A stretch of 64,000 nt of DNA from Nemertoderma westbladi (taxonomy: Eukaryota; Animalia; Xenacoelomorpha). Location: contig JAUCBJ010001840.1 in NCBI GenBank assembly GCA_032718475.1, positions 1-64,000 on the forward strand, in the 5' to 3' direction. Position numbers and translations under genes: made by a program. Positions 24,026 through 35,540 of this stretch are shown one piece after another; within the stretch, counting starts at the first letter, position 1, and each line of letters starts with the position of its first letter. The notes under the pieces are model-generated. The model saw only the letters and a program-made list of their open reading frames with translations, had not been told where the DNA came from and made no database searches.

Positions 24026-25243
24026 TGTACGCGCTTTTGAAGACCTTTAGCAGTTTAACCTGCCAAAATTTATATGTCTTTTGGTTTATAAATAGACTTT
24101 AGAAGTTGACAAATATTTAATACCAATAAACACAACATTAGCAGAAGCCAGCCTAGTGCGCGTCCATTCACCCGCTGGATATACCCGGGAGACTGGATTC
24201 TGAGGGCTTAGATTATTATTGCAGTGTAAGCTTACTGTATTATTCGATTGATCGTTAATAAATAATTTCTGACTAATATTATTCACTTTCGGGAAATATT
24301 AACAGTTCCTTTAGGACGTGGCGCTCTATCTAGGTAAACAGAGATATGACTTATACTAATCACAACGGTAAGTCGGTAAGGCTTATGATTCACGTATGAG
24401 GCGCATTCTTTAGGAAATGCTTAGTTATCAGTCACAATCAGGCACACTACCGGTAACACACAATACTGCTCACTAATTTGCCGACCGTCAATGAATTTTA
24501 TCATATATAAAGAGAACAGCAACGGACTCATGTAGTGCTTATCAAATAGCATTAAACTCACTACAAACCACGATAATATAAGTCGCAATCGCTATATATA
24601 ACCCGTCTCTCTAACCTGTAGTGTATCAAGAAAATTGGGAAATTTGGGTTCTTTATATATGTTCTCCAAATAATATTCAACCAAAACACAACAGTAAACA
24701 TTAAGACGGTATGTTAAGTTATGATATGAACTGATAACAGTTATACGCTCTATAATCTTAAGCCTACTAATGTTTCTTCTAAAGTCTGAAACGAATTGAC
24801 TCTAGAGCCGGTGTTCCTGGCCTAGATAGAAACAACACAACAGTATCACAAAAAACAGTAAGACTGAACACTCCTAGTATGATCGGCCGAATATCTCCAC
24901 ATCGACAGAAAAAATCGCTCTGATTGGCTTAAGCTAAACAAAGAACCATGCGTCCAATGGCTGTTTCCATGCCAGCAACCAGCTGCTAGATGTCGTAATC
25001 TGAATCATCAAGGCCAAGCCGTGTAAAGGTATTTGGTGCATTGCGGGTTTTTTGCCTTACCATGTCCGCCAAAGCACGTATATAGAAGAATGACTTTTAT
25101 GTCCGTTAAAACACCTATAACGGTACCTTGCGGGCGAGGGGAATATATATACAGTTAGAGAGCCTTTTAGAGTATTCCAGCGCCTGGGGGGAAACTGGAT
25201 TGCGAAGCAAAGGGGCCAGTTATATCCCACAGAAGCTTTTACA
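24026..25243 (-). repeat. BEL-1 5' LTR (1218 bp)
   Basis: Direct repeat of 13178-14410 with scattered SNPs and one diverged block (~24695-24732). Confidence 0.95.
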
Positions 25244-25470
25244 GGGGGGGGGGGGACTGGATGCAATAAAAATGCATCCCTATCCAGGGGAAATGCTGCT
25301 TACGAGCAAAAATCAAACTGTAACCTGTTCTATTGTGTTTAGTTTATTGTTTTGGTTAAAATAACGTCCCACTGTAACCTGCTCCTTTCCCTAAATTGAG
25401 AATTTCACATTGAGGCGGGATATTAATTCGCCAAGGCGGGCTTTGCATCCAGTCCCCCCCCCCCTGTCTC
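25244..25470. mobile_element. MITE, second copy of the 890-1146 family, left tip missing
   Basis: G-run+ACTGGATGCAA / TTGCATCCAGT+C-run+TGTCTC; internal similarity to 990-1140. Confidence 0.8.
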
Positions 25471-25479
25471 AAATCATAA

Positions 25480-25640
25480 GATCTTATGGAATCCCATAAG
25501 TAATTGTCGCTGGCATTGGATTGTTATATTGTGACACAGAAGCTCAGGTACTACTCCCACCAAATGATGAAACTGAGTTCTTCACAATCCTAACTGTGGT
25601 AGTGCAAGGTGACACTTTGGCGCCAGTACTATTCCTAATT
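25480..25640 (+). pseudogene. RTE reverse-transcriptase fragment
   Basis: Translates YGIP*..DETEFFTILTVVVQGDTLAPVLFLI, homologous to the RT at ~29935-30090. Confidence 0.75.
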
Positions 25641-25694
25641 AAATATACAATGTAAATACGACAATATGATAATGCTCTCCATAGCGAAAAATAT

Positions 25695-25790
25695 CAACCG
25701 GCCCTATTGGGGCTCGAACCAGGTACCTAGGTTTCAAACTTGTGGTTATCATCAGCCGGGTGAGTGTACTGAGCTACCAGACCGGATGAA
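25695..25790 (-). mobile_element. tRNA-derived SINE head (degenerate)
   Basis: Minus strand has A-box-like GGTAGCTCAGT and B-box GGTTCGAGCCC; no full cloverleaf. Confidence 0.5.
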
Positions 25791-27267
25791 TATTTCGCTG
25801 TGGAGTGGGAGATCATATTTAGGCCAACTAATCACTCAAAGGAAAGTACAAGTTCGTTCCAACGAACTTGTAAACTCAAAGGAAAGTGAGTTAAGTCTGG
25901 CGCATCTTTTGACACTATAATTAATTAAATTCATGTTGAAGAACATTGATAAAAATGCTGTTCACAATTGTAAGCCTTGATTCAAATGTTTCTAGCCCAA
26001 CAATTATTTCGTGCACCAACCCAACCCTACAGTATTATTGTAATAAAATTTGCATTAAGATCGCATTATAATGTTAACTTACATATGACCAACAGCCATC
26101 GGAGAGGATAAATTCCAGGTAATTTTGTTGGGTTGTACGTGGGACCAATCGAATGCATGTATGTTTAGCGAACCAATTTCTGGCTAACTTAACGGCGAAC
26201 ATAAGATCTGCGTCGTGGGATCCGTAGGTAAATGGTACAACCCAATTCTGGAATAATGTATTAAATAAATGAGGAACAATTCTAGAAAGAATCTTAAATT
26301 TACTACAAAAATTAATCTACGTAATTAACCGCTCAGTCCATGAAAATTAATGTTTTGTTAATTAAATATACAGCACATATTAATTTCCAGCCTTTTAAAT
26401 AAAATAACATTTAATTTACCGCTGCTGGCTGTAACATTGAGTATTCATTCACATGAATTATTTATCAATATCAGAAATGGTTTTTATACATCACTCGAAA
26501 TCTACAACAGTAGGCCTAGTTGGAATTTTAGCATTTTATATTTATTTAGTAGATTCAGTATTATTTGTACTATTCAATTTGGTCGGATGTTCACAAAAGT
26601 GTGAGCTTGACAATATTACTTATACTATTATAGGCCTACGTTTAAAACCTATAATAAGATTGTTCATATCGGCGTTGGTTCTATTTCAATGCACTGTTAT
26701 CCTACAGTACAGTGTGCTGGACAGTATTAAAATGTTGTTTTGGTTTATCAGGTTTTGTCAGGTCAGGTATTCTAGGTCATTGATCAAGAAAACTTGCCAC
26801 CTCCATGCAGCATAAAGGAGGTGCCACCTATAGCTGCATAGACCCTCTTACTAGGGCAAATCTTGTCCTGTAACTAGGACCCCCTTCGTTCTGGGATAAG
26901 GACGCCCTTGGTCCTGGATTAAGGACCCATTTAATTGGCTGCAGGGGTATATGGCCTGGCCAGGCAGATTGTGATCTACCAATGGCTGGTCAGGAGTAAA
27001 GTGTTCTCATGTTCACTCTGAGTGCACTTCACTGCGACCTGCACCTGGCAGCAGGGGTACAGGGCATGACCCAGCAGATGAGCTGCACAGCCAATGGTGG
27101 GTCATGTGCGCCAGGGTAGATATGGGTGATGGGCCTCATATCTGACTCCACTGCGACACCCACCCTGTGGAATGGCAAACCAGGGTGTGGTATTTGCCCC
27201 GAGAGCTGACTCGGCGAAAAAGCACCACCCAACCCCCACTATGGATTACATTAGTAATGCGGAGGTC

Positions 27268-28020
27268 CAGCCACTAGAGGCCAGTGGAATGACTGGACAC
27301 AATTGACCTCACAGGGTCAGTTATCTCCTGACCGGCTGCCTGTCTCACCCCCTACTGGAGAGAGAGCGGCCAACGATTCTTTGAGTCCCTTTCCTGATGA
27401 CCTTTCTGGCCCAAACCCTGGGTCATCAGGGAGGGATTGTGAGGGGGAGAGGGATTCTGGAGTTGGAGGCTACTCTCATGTTCCACCCCTGAAACTTGGA
27501 AACTTTTTCATTCGCTTTTGGTAAGAATAAAATATTAGAGACGGGCCTAGCGGCCCGTGAAGCAAGTCGTAGGAGATAGTAAGAGTCTAGTAAAAGCTTT
27601 TTGTTCTGTCTGATAATAAATTAGTGTGAGGGTAGTCCTGGGGGTGTACGATAAATTTTCTAGACAACTTCAAACTATAATTATTATGTTGTAATCATCT
27701 AATGAATTAAAAAAGCTGTTGTGATTATAGAAGAGAGAGAGCGGTTAGCGGAATTATTATTTTGTTCTATCGGATAGAGTAGTCAGTCAGTCAGGCCATT
27801 AGAGGCCAGTGGAATTACCGGACACAATTGGCCTCACAGGCATCTGTTATATCCTGAATGGCTGCCTGTCTCACCCCCTACTGGAGTGAGAGCAGTCAAC
27901 ATTTATGTGAGTCCCTTTCCTGATGACCTTTCTGGCCCAAACCCTGGGTCACCATGAAGGCCAGATTGTGAGGGGAAGAGGGAATCCGGAGTTGGAGGCT
28001 ACTGTCATGTTCCACCCCGA
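27268..28020 (+). repeat. ~225-bp duplication in the RTE 5' region flanking a ~300-bp AT-rich insert
   Basis: GCCA.TAGAGGCCAGTGGAAT..CATGTTCCACCCC at ~27270-27490 and ~27795-28018; insert carries hairpin ACGGGCCTAGCGGCCCGT and (AGTC)n. Confidence 0.8.
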
Positions 28021-28150
28021 CCAACTACTGTAAGCCATTGGTGAATCTGAAGCAAGTCACTAGATTAGTCTCAGTTAAAACCCTAACACTCGGGTGCCCA
28101 ATGCGACAAGGTGAGCTGACTGCCTTGGTAGATAAGCTTTCTCTTAGCGC

Positions 28151-31013
28151 ATGGGTATTCAAGAGCACCGAATGCAGACAGGACAGACTGGTGAGGTTCT
28201 GATTAAGGAAATGGTGGGCGGTTGGCGACTCGCCCTCGCATCAGCAGATGATAGTGGCAATGGTGGTATTGGTCTATTGATGAATCCAACTGCACATGGA
28301 GCATTGGACAAAATAGACCAAATCTATAACCGCATCATCCGTTGCCACTTCTCATTCTGGAAGACTGGCTAAGAAGTTTCCTAAGGTGGTTCTGATTGTG
28401 TGCTACTCTCCAACTAGTGTTGCCCTTGTAGAGGAGGTTGAAAATTTCTACCACAATCTACAAGCAGCTACTGATGGAGTGGATGAGCATGCACTCTTAA
28501 CATTCCTGGGAGACTTTAATGCAAGTCTGCATCAATCACCTACATCGCCCTGGGTTTATAGCGTTAGTGTTAACCGAAATTCCGTCCATCTTCAGAATTG
28601 TATCTCTGGAAATGGATTGTTTTCGGCTGGAACCCAGTTCAAGAAGGGAACAGGAAAGCAATGGACTCATAGTGGACCCAGTGGTCACAAGTCCCAGATA
28701 GACCATATTCTGTTTTGTAGGAAATACAGGAGCTCCATACAAGACTGTATTGCATTTACACTTCGACCCTTCTCCAGTGATGACCGCCTTATTGTGGCCA
28801 AGGTAAGACTTAGTCTGCGTGCTAGCAGAACAACGAAATCTGCCTTGCCGCGGCATGACTGGTCCTCTCTGTTGCAACAGCCAAGTGTGAGATCCAGCTT
28901 CACACTACAGCTGAGCAACAGGTATGAGGTTCTTGCCTCTGAGGCGGCAGATCACTGTGAGGGCTATACTGCCTTCACAGAGGCAGTTAAGTTAGCAGAA
29001 ACAGTTCCTGTATACCCTCGAAACAGGAAACGGGCCCCCTGGACTGACGACAAAATTCAGAAGTGCCGAAATGACGTCTACAAGGCGCAGAAAGAGTCCC
29101 GACTCAAACAGACTACAGCGGCCAAGAATGCAGTTAAGGCTGCATCTAGGTACCTGAACAGGCAGTACTCTGTTAATTTACAGGAGCTATTAAACCAACA
29201 GGTTGATGCCATCAATAATGCTGACGAAAGCAGGCAATCATCCCAGGCATGGAGATCGATCAACTTGCTTGCTGGTCGAAAAAGCCAACCAACCACCAAG
29301 GTTAAGGCTGAATCACCAGCCGATCGCCTCAATGGTTGGAAAGCCCACTTTGAAAAGCTCCTCAATAATGACAGGGTATTGCCTGATAACTTTATAGAAG
29401 TAAAAGTGTCTGAGTCAGTACTCCCAGATATTCCCATTGGTGATATCTCCTTTGCAGAAGTGAAGGCTGCTGCAAAGAGCATTAAGACCAATCGTGCCAG
29501 TGGAGTAGATGGTCTTCCCCCTGAGGTCTTTAAAATACCTGAGTGTTTAAAGCTCATCTATCCCATCATAGTAGACATGTACCGAACAACAAGAGTCCCA
29601 CAAGAAATGAAAACAAATAAGTTGGTGCCAGTTCCCAAGAAGGGCAACCTAACACTCTATGGTTCTTTTCGGGGAATCCAATTGATCTCGATTGCTGCAA
29701 AGCTATACAATAGAATTCTATTAAATCGCATCAGGGATCCCATTGAGAGACTGCTCCGTAGAAATCAGAATGGGTTCCGTAAAGGTCGTGGGACCATGGA
29801 GCCCATTTTGGCACTTAGAAGGATAATTGAAGAGTTATCAAAAAAGAAAGACAGGCATCTGGCTGTTATCTTAGTTGACTTCTTCAAGGCCTTTGATTCA
29901 GTCTCTCGCTCACGTATGTTCAGCATACTTTCATTATATGGGATTCCTGATGAAATTATTGCAGCAATCAGATCAGTATACGATGGTTCGACAACATTTG
30001 TGTCTACTGTTGACGGTGACACAGAACCATTTGAAGTGTTATGGGGCGTCCTCCAGGGAGACACACTTGCACCATTCTTGTTCATAATTGTTGTTGACTA
30101 TGTTCTACGCATGTCCTTAGATCATCATAATGATGATGGGGTGATGATAACTCCACCTACTGACTCCAGAAGTCGAGGAAATCCTGCCAAGTACCTAACT
30201 GATCTAGACTTTGCTGATAACTTAGGAGTACTCTCAGAATCACTAGAGGGAGCCCAACGGCTCCTCAGCTCATTAGAACATGCTGCTTCTAGTGTTGGTC
30301 TTTTTATTAACTCCAGAAAGTCCAAAATTTTGACAGTTAACTTTGAAAGTCCTCAGCAAGTCTCTGATCAGAGAAGCATAAGCTCAAAAGATGGTATGCT
30401 TGAGCATGTGGATGACTTCTGTTACCTGGGATAATGGATCCGGAAGTCAGGTGAGGACCTTCGAATACGTAAGGGAAAGGCATGGGCAGCCTTGAATAGG
30501 CTTTCCAGGATTTGGAAGTCACCGAAGTCACATAGAAATAATAGGAAACGATTATTAAGGTAAGGTAAGGTCCGATTATTTAGAGCAGCAGTAGTTCCAG
30601 TACTCCTCTATGGGAGTCCATGCTGGGCTCTAACTGCTGAGGACACCAAATCTCTGGATGGCACATTCACAAGAATGCTACGCCGGGTTCATTTTGTCAA
30701 GTACAATGCACACATCTCCAACCAGACACTATATAACATTGGAGGTGTCTCATTGGTTCCCCCAAGTTTGACACTGGAACAAAATCGCCTCCGCTTTGCA
30801 GGACATTGCTTTCGCCGCGAGGACCAGCCAGTGCATAATCTTGTACTTTGGCAGCCTCATGGAGTGAATAAGCATGGTGGACAGCCCATGACTTTCTTGA
30901 GACGCATCTTAAAGGACACTGGTCTTGAAGATGCAGATGATCAAGCAAATGTCATGGGTGATAGGGAGTTGTGCCGGTGCAATTTTGTCGATAAGCCGGC
31001 ACAGCATTCTTAA
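28151..31013 (+). pseudogene. RTE APE-RT ORF, broken (main piece 28386-30434)
   Basis: Stops/frameshifts at ~28372 and ~30434; catalytic FADD changed to FADN; SDH changed to SDD. Confidence 0.88.
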
Positions 31014-31600
31014 AAATGCAGCTGCAATGCAGCATGCCGATCCTAGTTGGTTTATTAGTGGCGGATCAGAACCTAAGCCTGTGCGTTTCGTCGAATTATC
31101 AACGTTCGTTTCGTTGATAACAATAACAACAAATTTGTAAATTATAATTATATTTACACGAAATTGTAAAAAAAACTGACCCCACTTTCATCTTTGTAAA
31201 CCATCCAACGACCATTCAAGTAGCTGCTGGTCCCTCGATTATTAATGAGCTCGGTAATAATTTTTTTGGTTTCTGGTGTCAGTTTTATATCGCCCTATAA
31301 TATAAGAGATAATATTATCAGTGCTTACCTGTTTGGCTACCAACTATACAGGAAATGTTGAATTATTGTTGAATATTATAGTCGAATTAATTCTGTACGT
31401 ACTACTTGCATGCAGGGCACACTTTACATTTACCATGTATACTGTAGGAATTGTTCAATATATCTTAATCTTATCTTATCTTATCAAATATCAATCATTT
31501 GCTACGAACTTTGGTATGATGATAGTTAGACAACTTGTCATACTGCTGACAGAGCCGGATTTTTTAATTTCTGATCTATTTCGATATAAAAAGACCTTAA

Positions 31601-33160
31601 CCCTATTAGTACCGGGCTATAAAATGTTGTACAAATACCGGGGGGGGTCATATTGACCCCCCCCCCCCCTCTAAAATCTACAAATATTTACGAAAACGTC
31701 TGATTTTTTGTTTGTACGTAGGTATCACTAGTCTGGCTCCGACCGAAAAAAAAATTTTCGAAAAAATGTACTGGGGTGGTTATATTGCAGCACCAAAATT
31801 ACAAGTAGTGCTCAATTTTCACAAAATTTGAAAGTTACATTTTCGGCTAATTATTTTTCAATACAGGTTTTCTGGGGTGCAAAATACATTGGAAAATATT
31901 TAAAAATGATATAATTACTATAAATGGCAGTTTAATCATCTCTGCGTAGGAAAAAAATGAAAAAAACAAGTAACCAGCACTTTTCAGTTAGAACACAAAA
32001 TTTTTAATTCACTTATACGATGCTATAAATTCACATTTTCAGGTTTTCGAGGGCGCTGATTCTAATGGAATACATTTCTAATATACCAGATCATTGCGTC
32101 TTGCGATTTTTTAGCGTAATTTGGCAAATTTTGGTGCTAGCACCAAATTTCGTACCCATCACCAAAAAGTACAAGTTTGCGATGTCCAGTGCTGTTTTTA
32201 TTGATTACATCGGATTCAGGACCCTCATAAACCCGTATAACGCAAGAAACAAGGTGATACTATCTACTTATCAATTTGCATATTTTCCAAAATTTGGTCC
32301 TGGCACAACAATTTTCACCCACCGGCGAAAAATACAAGTTTGAGAACTCTTATGAAATTTTTACTGATTCCATTGAATTCAGAACCATCACAAACCCGTA
32401 TAACGCAAGAAACAAGGTGACACAATCAATTGATATGTTTGATGGTTTTCAAAATTTGGTGCTATCACCACATTTTGCACCCACATCCGAAAAATACAAG
32501 TTTGAGATGTCTAGTTCGATAATTATATTTTCCATTGAATTCAGAACAGCCATAAACCTCTAAAACGCAAGAAATAAATTGTCACAAGCAATTTTATCTA
32601 TTGAATGGATTTTCAAAATTTCGTGCTAGCACCAAAATTTGCACACAGCAACGAAAAATACAAGTTTGATACGCTTGGTGCAACTCGTATATATTTCATC
32701 GTATCCAGAACCCCAAAAAACTCCAATTGCGTAAAAACAAGTTTCAAACAATTAATTTACTAAATTTACTTATTTCAAAATTTGGTGCTGGCACCAAAAT
32801 TTGGCACCCACCGAAAAAAACAAGTTTGAAATTTCTAAATCAATTTATATGAATTCCATCCAATTTCTAACACCAAAAAACCGGTGTAAATCAAAAATAG
32901 AGATGTTACAATTCATATTTAATGAAATGTAATTTTCAAAAAACGACTCAAAAAAAGTGCCAAAAGTAGGGTTAAAAAATGGTGCTATAACTCGAAAAGT
33001 ACCCAATATTTTTGAAAACGGTTTTCACTACTAGGACGACAATAGAGTTTTAGGAAAAGTCATAAAATTTCAGATTCCCAACTACTTTTGTTTCAGAATT
33101 ATAATAAAAAAACCACGGGGGGGGGGGTCATATTGCCCCCCCCCCCCGGGTTTAATAGGG
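31601..33160 (+). mobile_element. Complete piggyBac-type non-autonomous element (1560 bp)
   Basis: TTAA TSD at 31597-31600 and 33161-33164; TIR CCCTATTA..CCGGG; subterminal G(n)TCATATTG(A)C(n) palindromes; internal ~133-bp tandem units; no transposase. Confidence 0.92.
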
Positions 33161-33169
33161 TTAAAAATC

Positions 33170-34040
33170 TGAATAATAATAATAATAATTAAGCAGATAT
33201 TATTAGAGCGCCCTAACTCCAGGAAATCAGTTTCGAAGGCGCTGGGTGAGGGAGAAGAGAGAAGAATATAGCTGAGTGTTACTGATAGGCCCTGTTTAAT
33301 GTTTTTAGACCACACCGGAAATTATTGAGATCGCGCGGTTGCATGGGATGCAATAAATACGTATAATAAGGTTCAGGGTGGATGTGAAGTGAAATAAAAT
33401 ATGTATTAATTAATAAAGCAGTATACAATATAAGTCGTTATCTATGGGTATAAATCATCGAGATGAGAGTTATTGTTTCTACAGTTCATCAAGACGCAGC
33501 TGCAGCACACTGACCAGCTACAGGGAATATCACTTGAGTAGTGTTTATGAAATATCTCCAAAATATGTCGATCAGACGAGATTTAAGACCTACATTGTTT
33601 TTAAAATTCGCTTTGGAAATGCATTTGCAATGTAAGGTACTCGGAACCAAAAATCTTGTTCTGACTTGCATTTTTTCGGCCGCGCAACATTAAATAAAAT
33701 CCGATCACTTGAACGAGTAAAGTGGTTTGATGGTTTGTTTAGTTTAAGGTGTTCTTCCCAGTTGATGTCGCATTTCCCACTACCCAGAAATAATCTTCGA
33801 CAGCGTCATCAAATCTAGGAGTTGTAGGTAGAGAGAAAGGGGGAGTATGTTAAGTGATTTGAGCCGATCTGTGTAGGTCGATTCATTATCTCGTAGTATC
33901 CAGATAGTAACACGTCGTTGTAGACTCTCTAAACGTGATAGGTCATGTTAGACCAACTTGGTGATGCATAGGTCGGTAGAATCATATACATTTTTTAATA
34001 TTTGTACACATTTAATTTCGATAGAGTGGTAAGATTTGAT
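33170..34040 (-). pseudogene. Degenerate L2/CR1 LINE 3' remnants
   Basis: (AAT)n next to GAGCGCC..GGCGCT stem; minus-strand LNILPLSLYLQLLDLMTLSKI resembles CR1 ORF2 C-terminus. Confidence 0.45.
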
Positions 34041-34052
34041 TATTATTATTAT

Positions 34053-35219
34053 TGTAAAAGCTTTTGCGTAATTAGCCGGTTATTTTCCCGTAAAGTACTC
34101 TGTAGTTGGTTTACCAGGCATAAAAAGGCCGTGTTCTTACTGTACTGGTGTTTTAGAGGACATAAAAGTCATTTCTTCTGTATGTGTACTTTAAAGGACA
34201 TAATCCGTAATTTCGTGACGCAATAGCTGGATACTCTTGAAAACAGTGGCGCTACCATGACGACGGCTAGCAGCTGATATTGCCACGTCGACAGTTCTTT
34301 GTTTCTTTGTTCTCTCGTTGTTCGGTTGACCAATCAGAGCGTTTGTTGTCTCTGTGTTGGAGGTGTATACAGAGGCTCAGTAGTTCAGTGTTATGTTTTG
34401 CCCAGAGCCTAAGAACCGGCTTTTGGCACCTCCGTGTTTTCAGTTTTTATCTTACACTAGTAGGCTTAATTATAAGGACATATATCCGTTATCTCAACAT
34501 AACATAACATACCATACCTAATCAAACAACCTGTGCATACTTTTATATTGTTATACTGCTATTTACTGTCAGTTCTTCATAATATGGTTGATGAATTATT
34601 ATATTTGGAATAACGATAAATAACCCCGAAAACCCAATATTCTTGATATACCGAAGGTAAGAGAGAAAGGTTACATATAACGATTGTGACTTATGTTAAA
34701 GTGGTTTGAAGTGAATCTAATGTTATTTGATAGACCCTACATGATTCGGTCTGTGTTCCTTTTATATGTGACTAAAATCAGTGAAGATCGGCAGATTAGT
34801 GTGCAGTATTGTGCAGCATTGTGTATTAGTGAGACTGATAACGAAGCATTTCCTAAAGAATGCGCCATATATGTGAATTATAACTAAGCCATATCGTTGT
34901 GAGTAGTTTAAGTCATAACTCTGTTTATATAGGTAGAGCGCCACGTCCTAAAGGAACTGTTAATATTTCCCGAAGATGAATAATATTGTCAGAAATTATA
35001 TAATACTGTCAGTCGAATAATACATTAGGCCTACATAGCAATACGATTAAGCCGTCGAACCCAATCTCCCGGGTATATCCAGCGGGTGAATGATCGCGCA
35101 CAGATTGGTTTCGACTAGTGTAGTGAATCAAATACTTGTCATAGGCTAAAAGCGAATTATTATCTAGAAGACATCCTAATTTGGCGGGTTAAACTGCCAA
35201 AGGTCTGAAAGCGCGAACA
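34053..35219 (+). mobile_element. Solo LTR of a BEL-1-related subfamily
   Basis: TGTAAAAGCTT...GCGCGAACA; ATTAT TSD (34048-34052, 35220-35224); blocks match the reverse complement of the BEL-1 LTR (e.g. TAGAGCGCCACGTCCTAAAGGAACTGTTAATATTTCCCGAA; TCTCCCGGGTATATCCAGCGGGTGAATG). Confidence 0.9.
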
Positions 35220-35540
35220 ATTATTATTTATTAACTATTTATATAGCGCTCTTCTGAGCCAGATTCAGAGCGCTTAAAAAATAAATATAAAAATTATAAT
35301 CATGAAAATTAAAAAAACACAATCAGTTGAGATATAAAATAATTTAAAAGTGTCAACATTATAAGTCACCAGTAAAGTAAAATAATTGATGGTCCTACAA
35401 GTTTATTCACCATATTCTGCTCTGAATAGGAACGTCTTTAGCCTATTTATTTTTAAACGTGTCCAATGAGGGTGGCTCTCTAACTGACTGGGGGATAGAG
35501 TTCCAAACAGTAGGTGCCGCAACGGAAAATGCTCGTCTAC
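35220..35540 (-). pseudogene. L2 LINE 3' end
   Basis: Minus strand RRAFSVAAPTVWNSIPQSVREPPSLDTFK..LKTFLFR; L2-type terminal stem AAGCGCTC..GAGCGCTATATAAA and (AAT)n tail. Confidence 0.75.

Larger units (their letters stand above)
13178..25243 (-). mobile_element. BEL/Pao LTR retrotransposon BEL-1, non-autonomous, with extra 3' ORFs
   Basis: Two ~1.2-kb direct repeats with TGT..ACA ends; BEL-type Gag with three zinc knuckles and protease; PPT GGGAGCGG; no TSD. Confidence 0.93.
26790..31047 (+). mobile_element. Near full-length RTE-clade LINE, inactive (5' boundary approximate)
   Basis: GC-rich hairpin-rich 5' region; APE endonuclease (GIQEHR, CYSPT, LGDFNA, QIDHIL) and RT (PVPKKG, QNGFRKGR, VDFFKAFDS, GVLQGDTLAPFLF); C-terminal RLRFAGHCFR; 3' end shared with other copies. 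Confidence 0.9.

Noticed and set aside
25715-25765. Hammerhead-like core CTGATGA...GAAAC on the minus strand
   Set aside because: Stems I and II do not pair properly; the region is better explained as a tRNA-SINE head with A and B boxes
27393-27430. CTGATGA followed by a stem in the RTE 5' region
   Set aside because: CTGATGA is itself paired in the hairpin and no GAAA follows stem II
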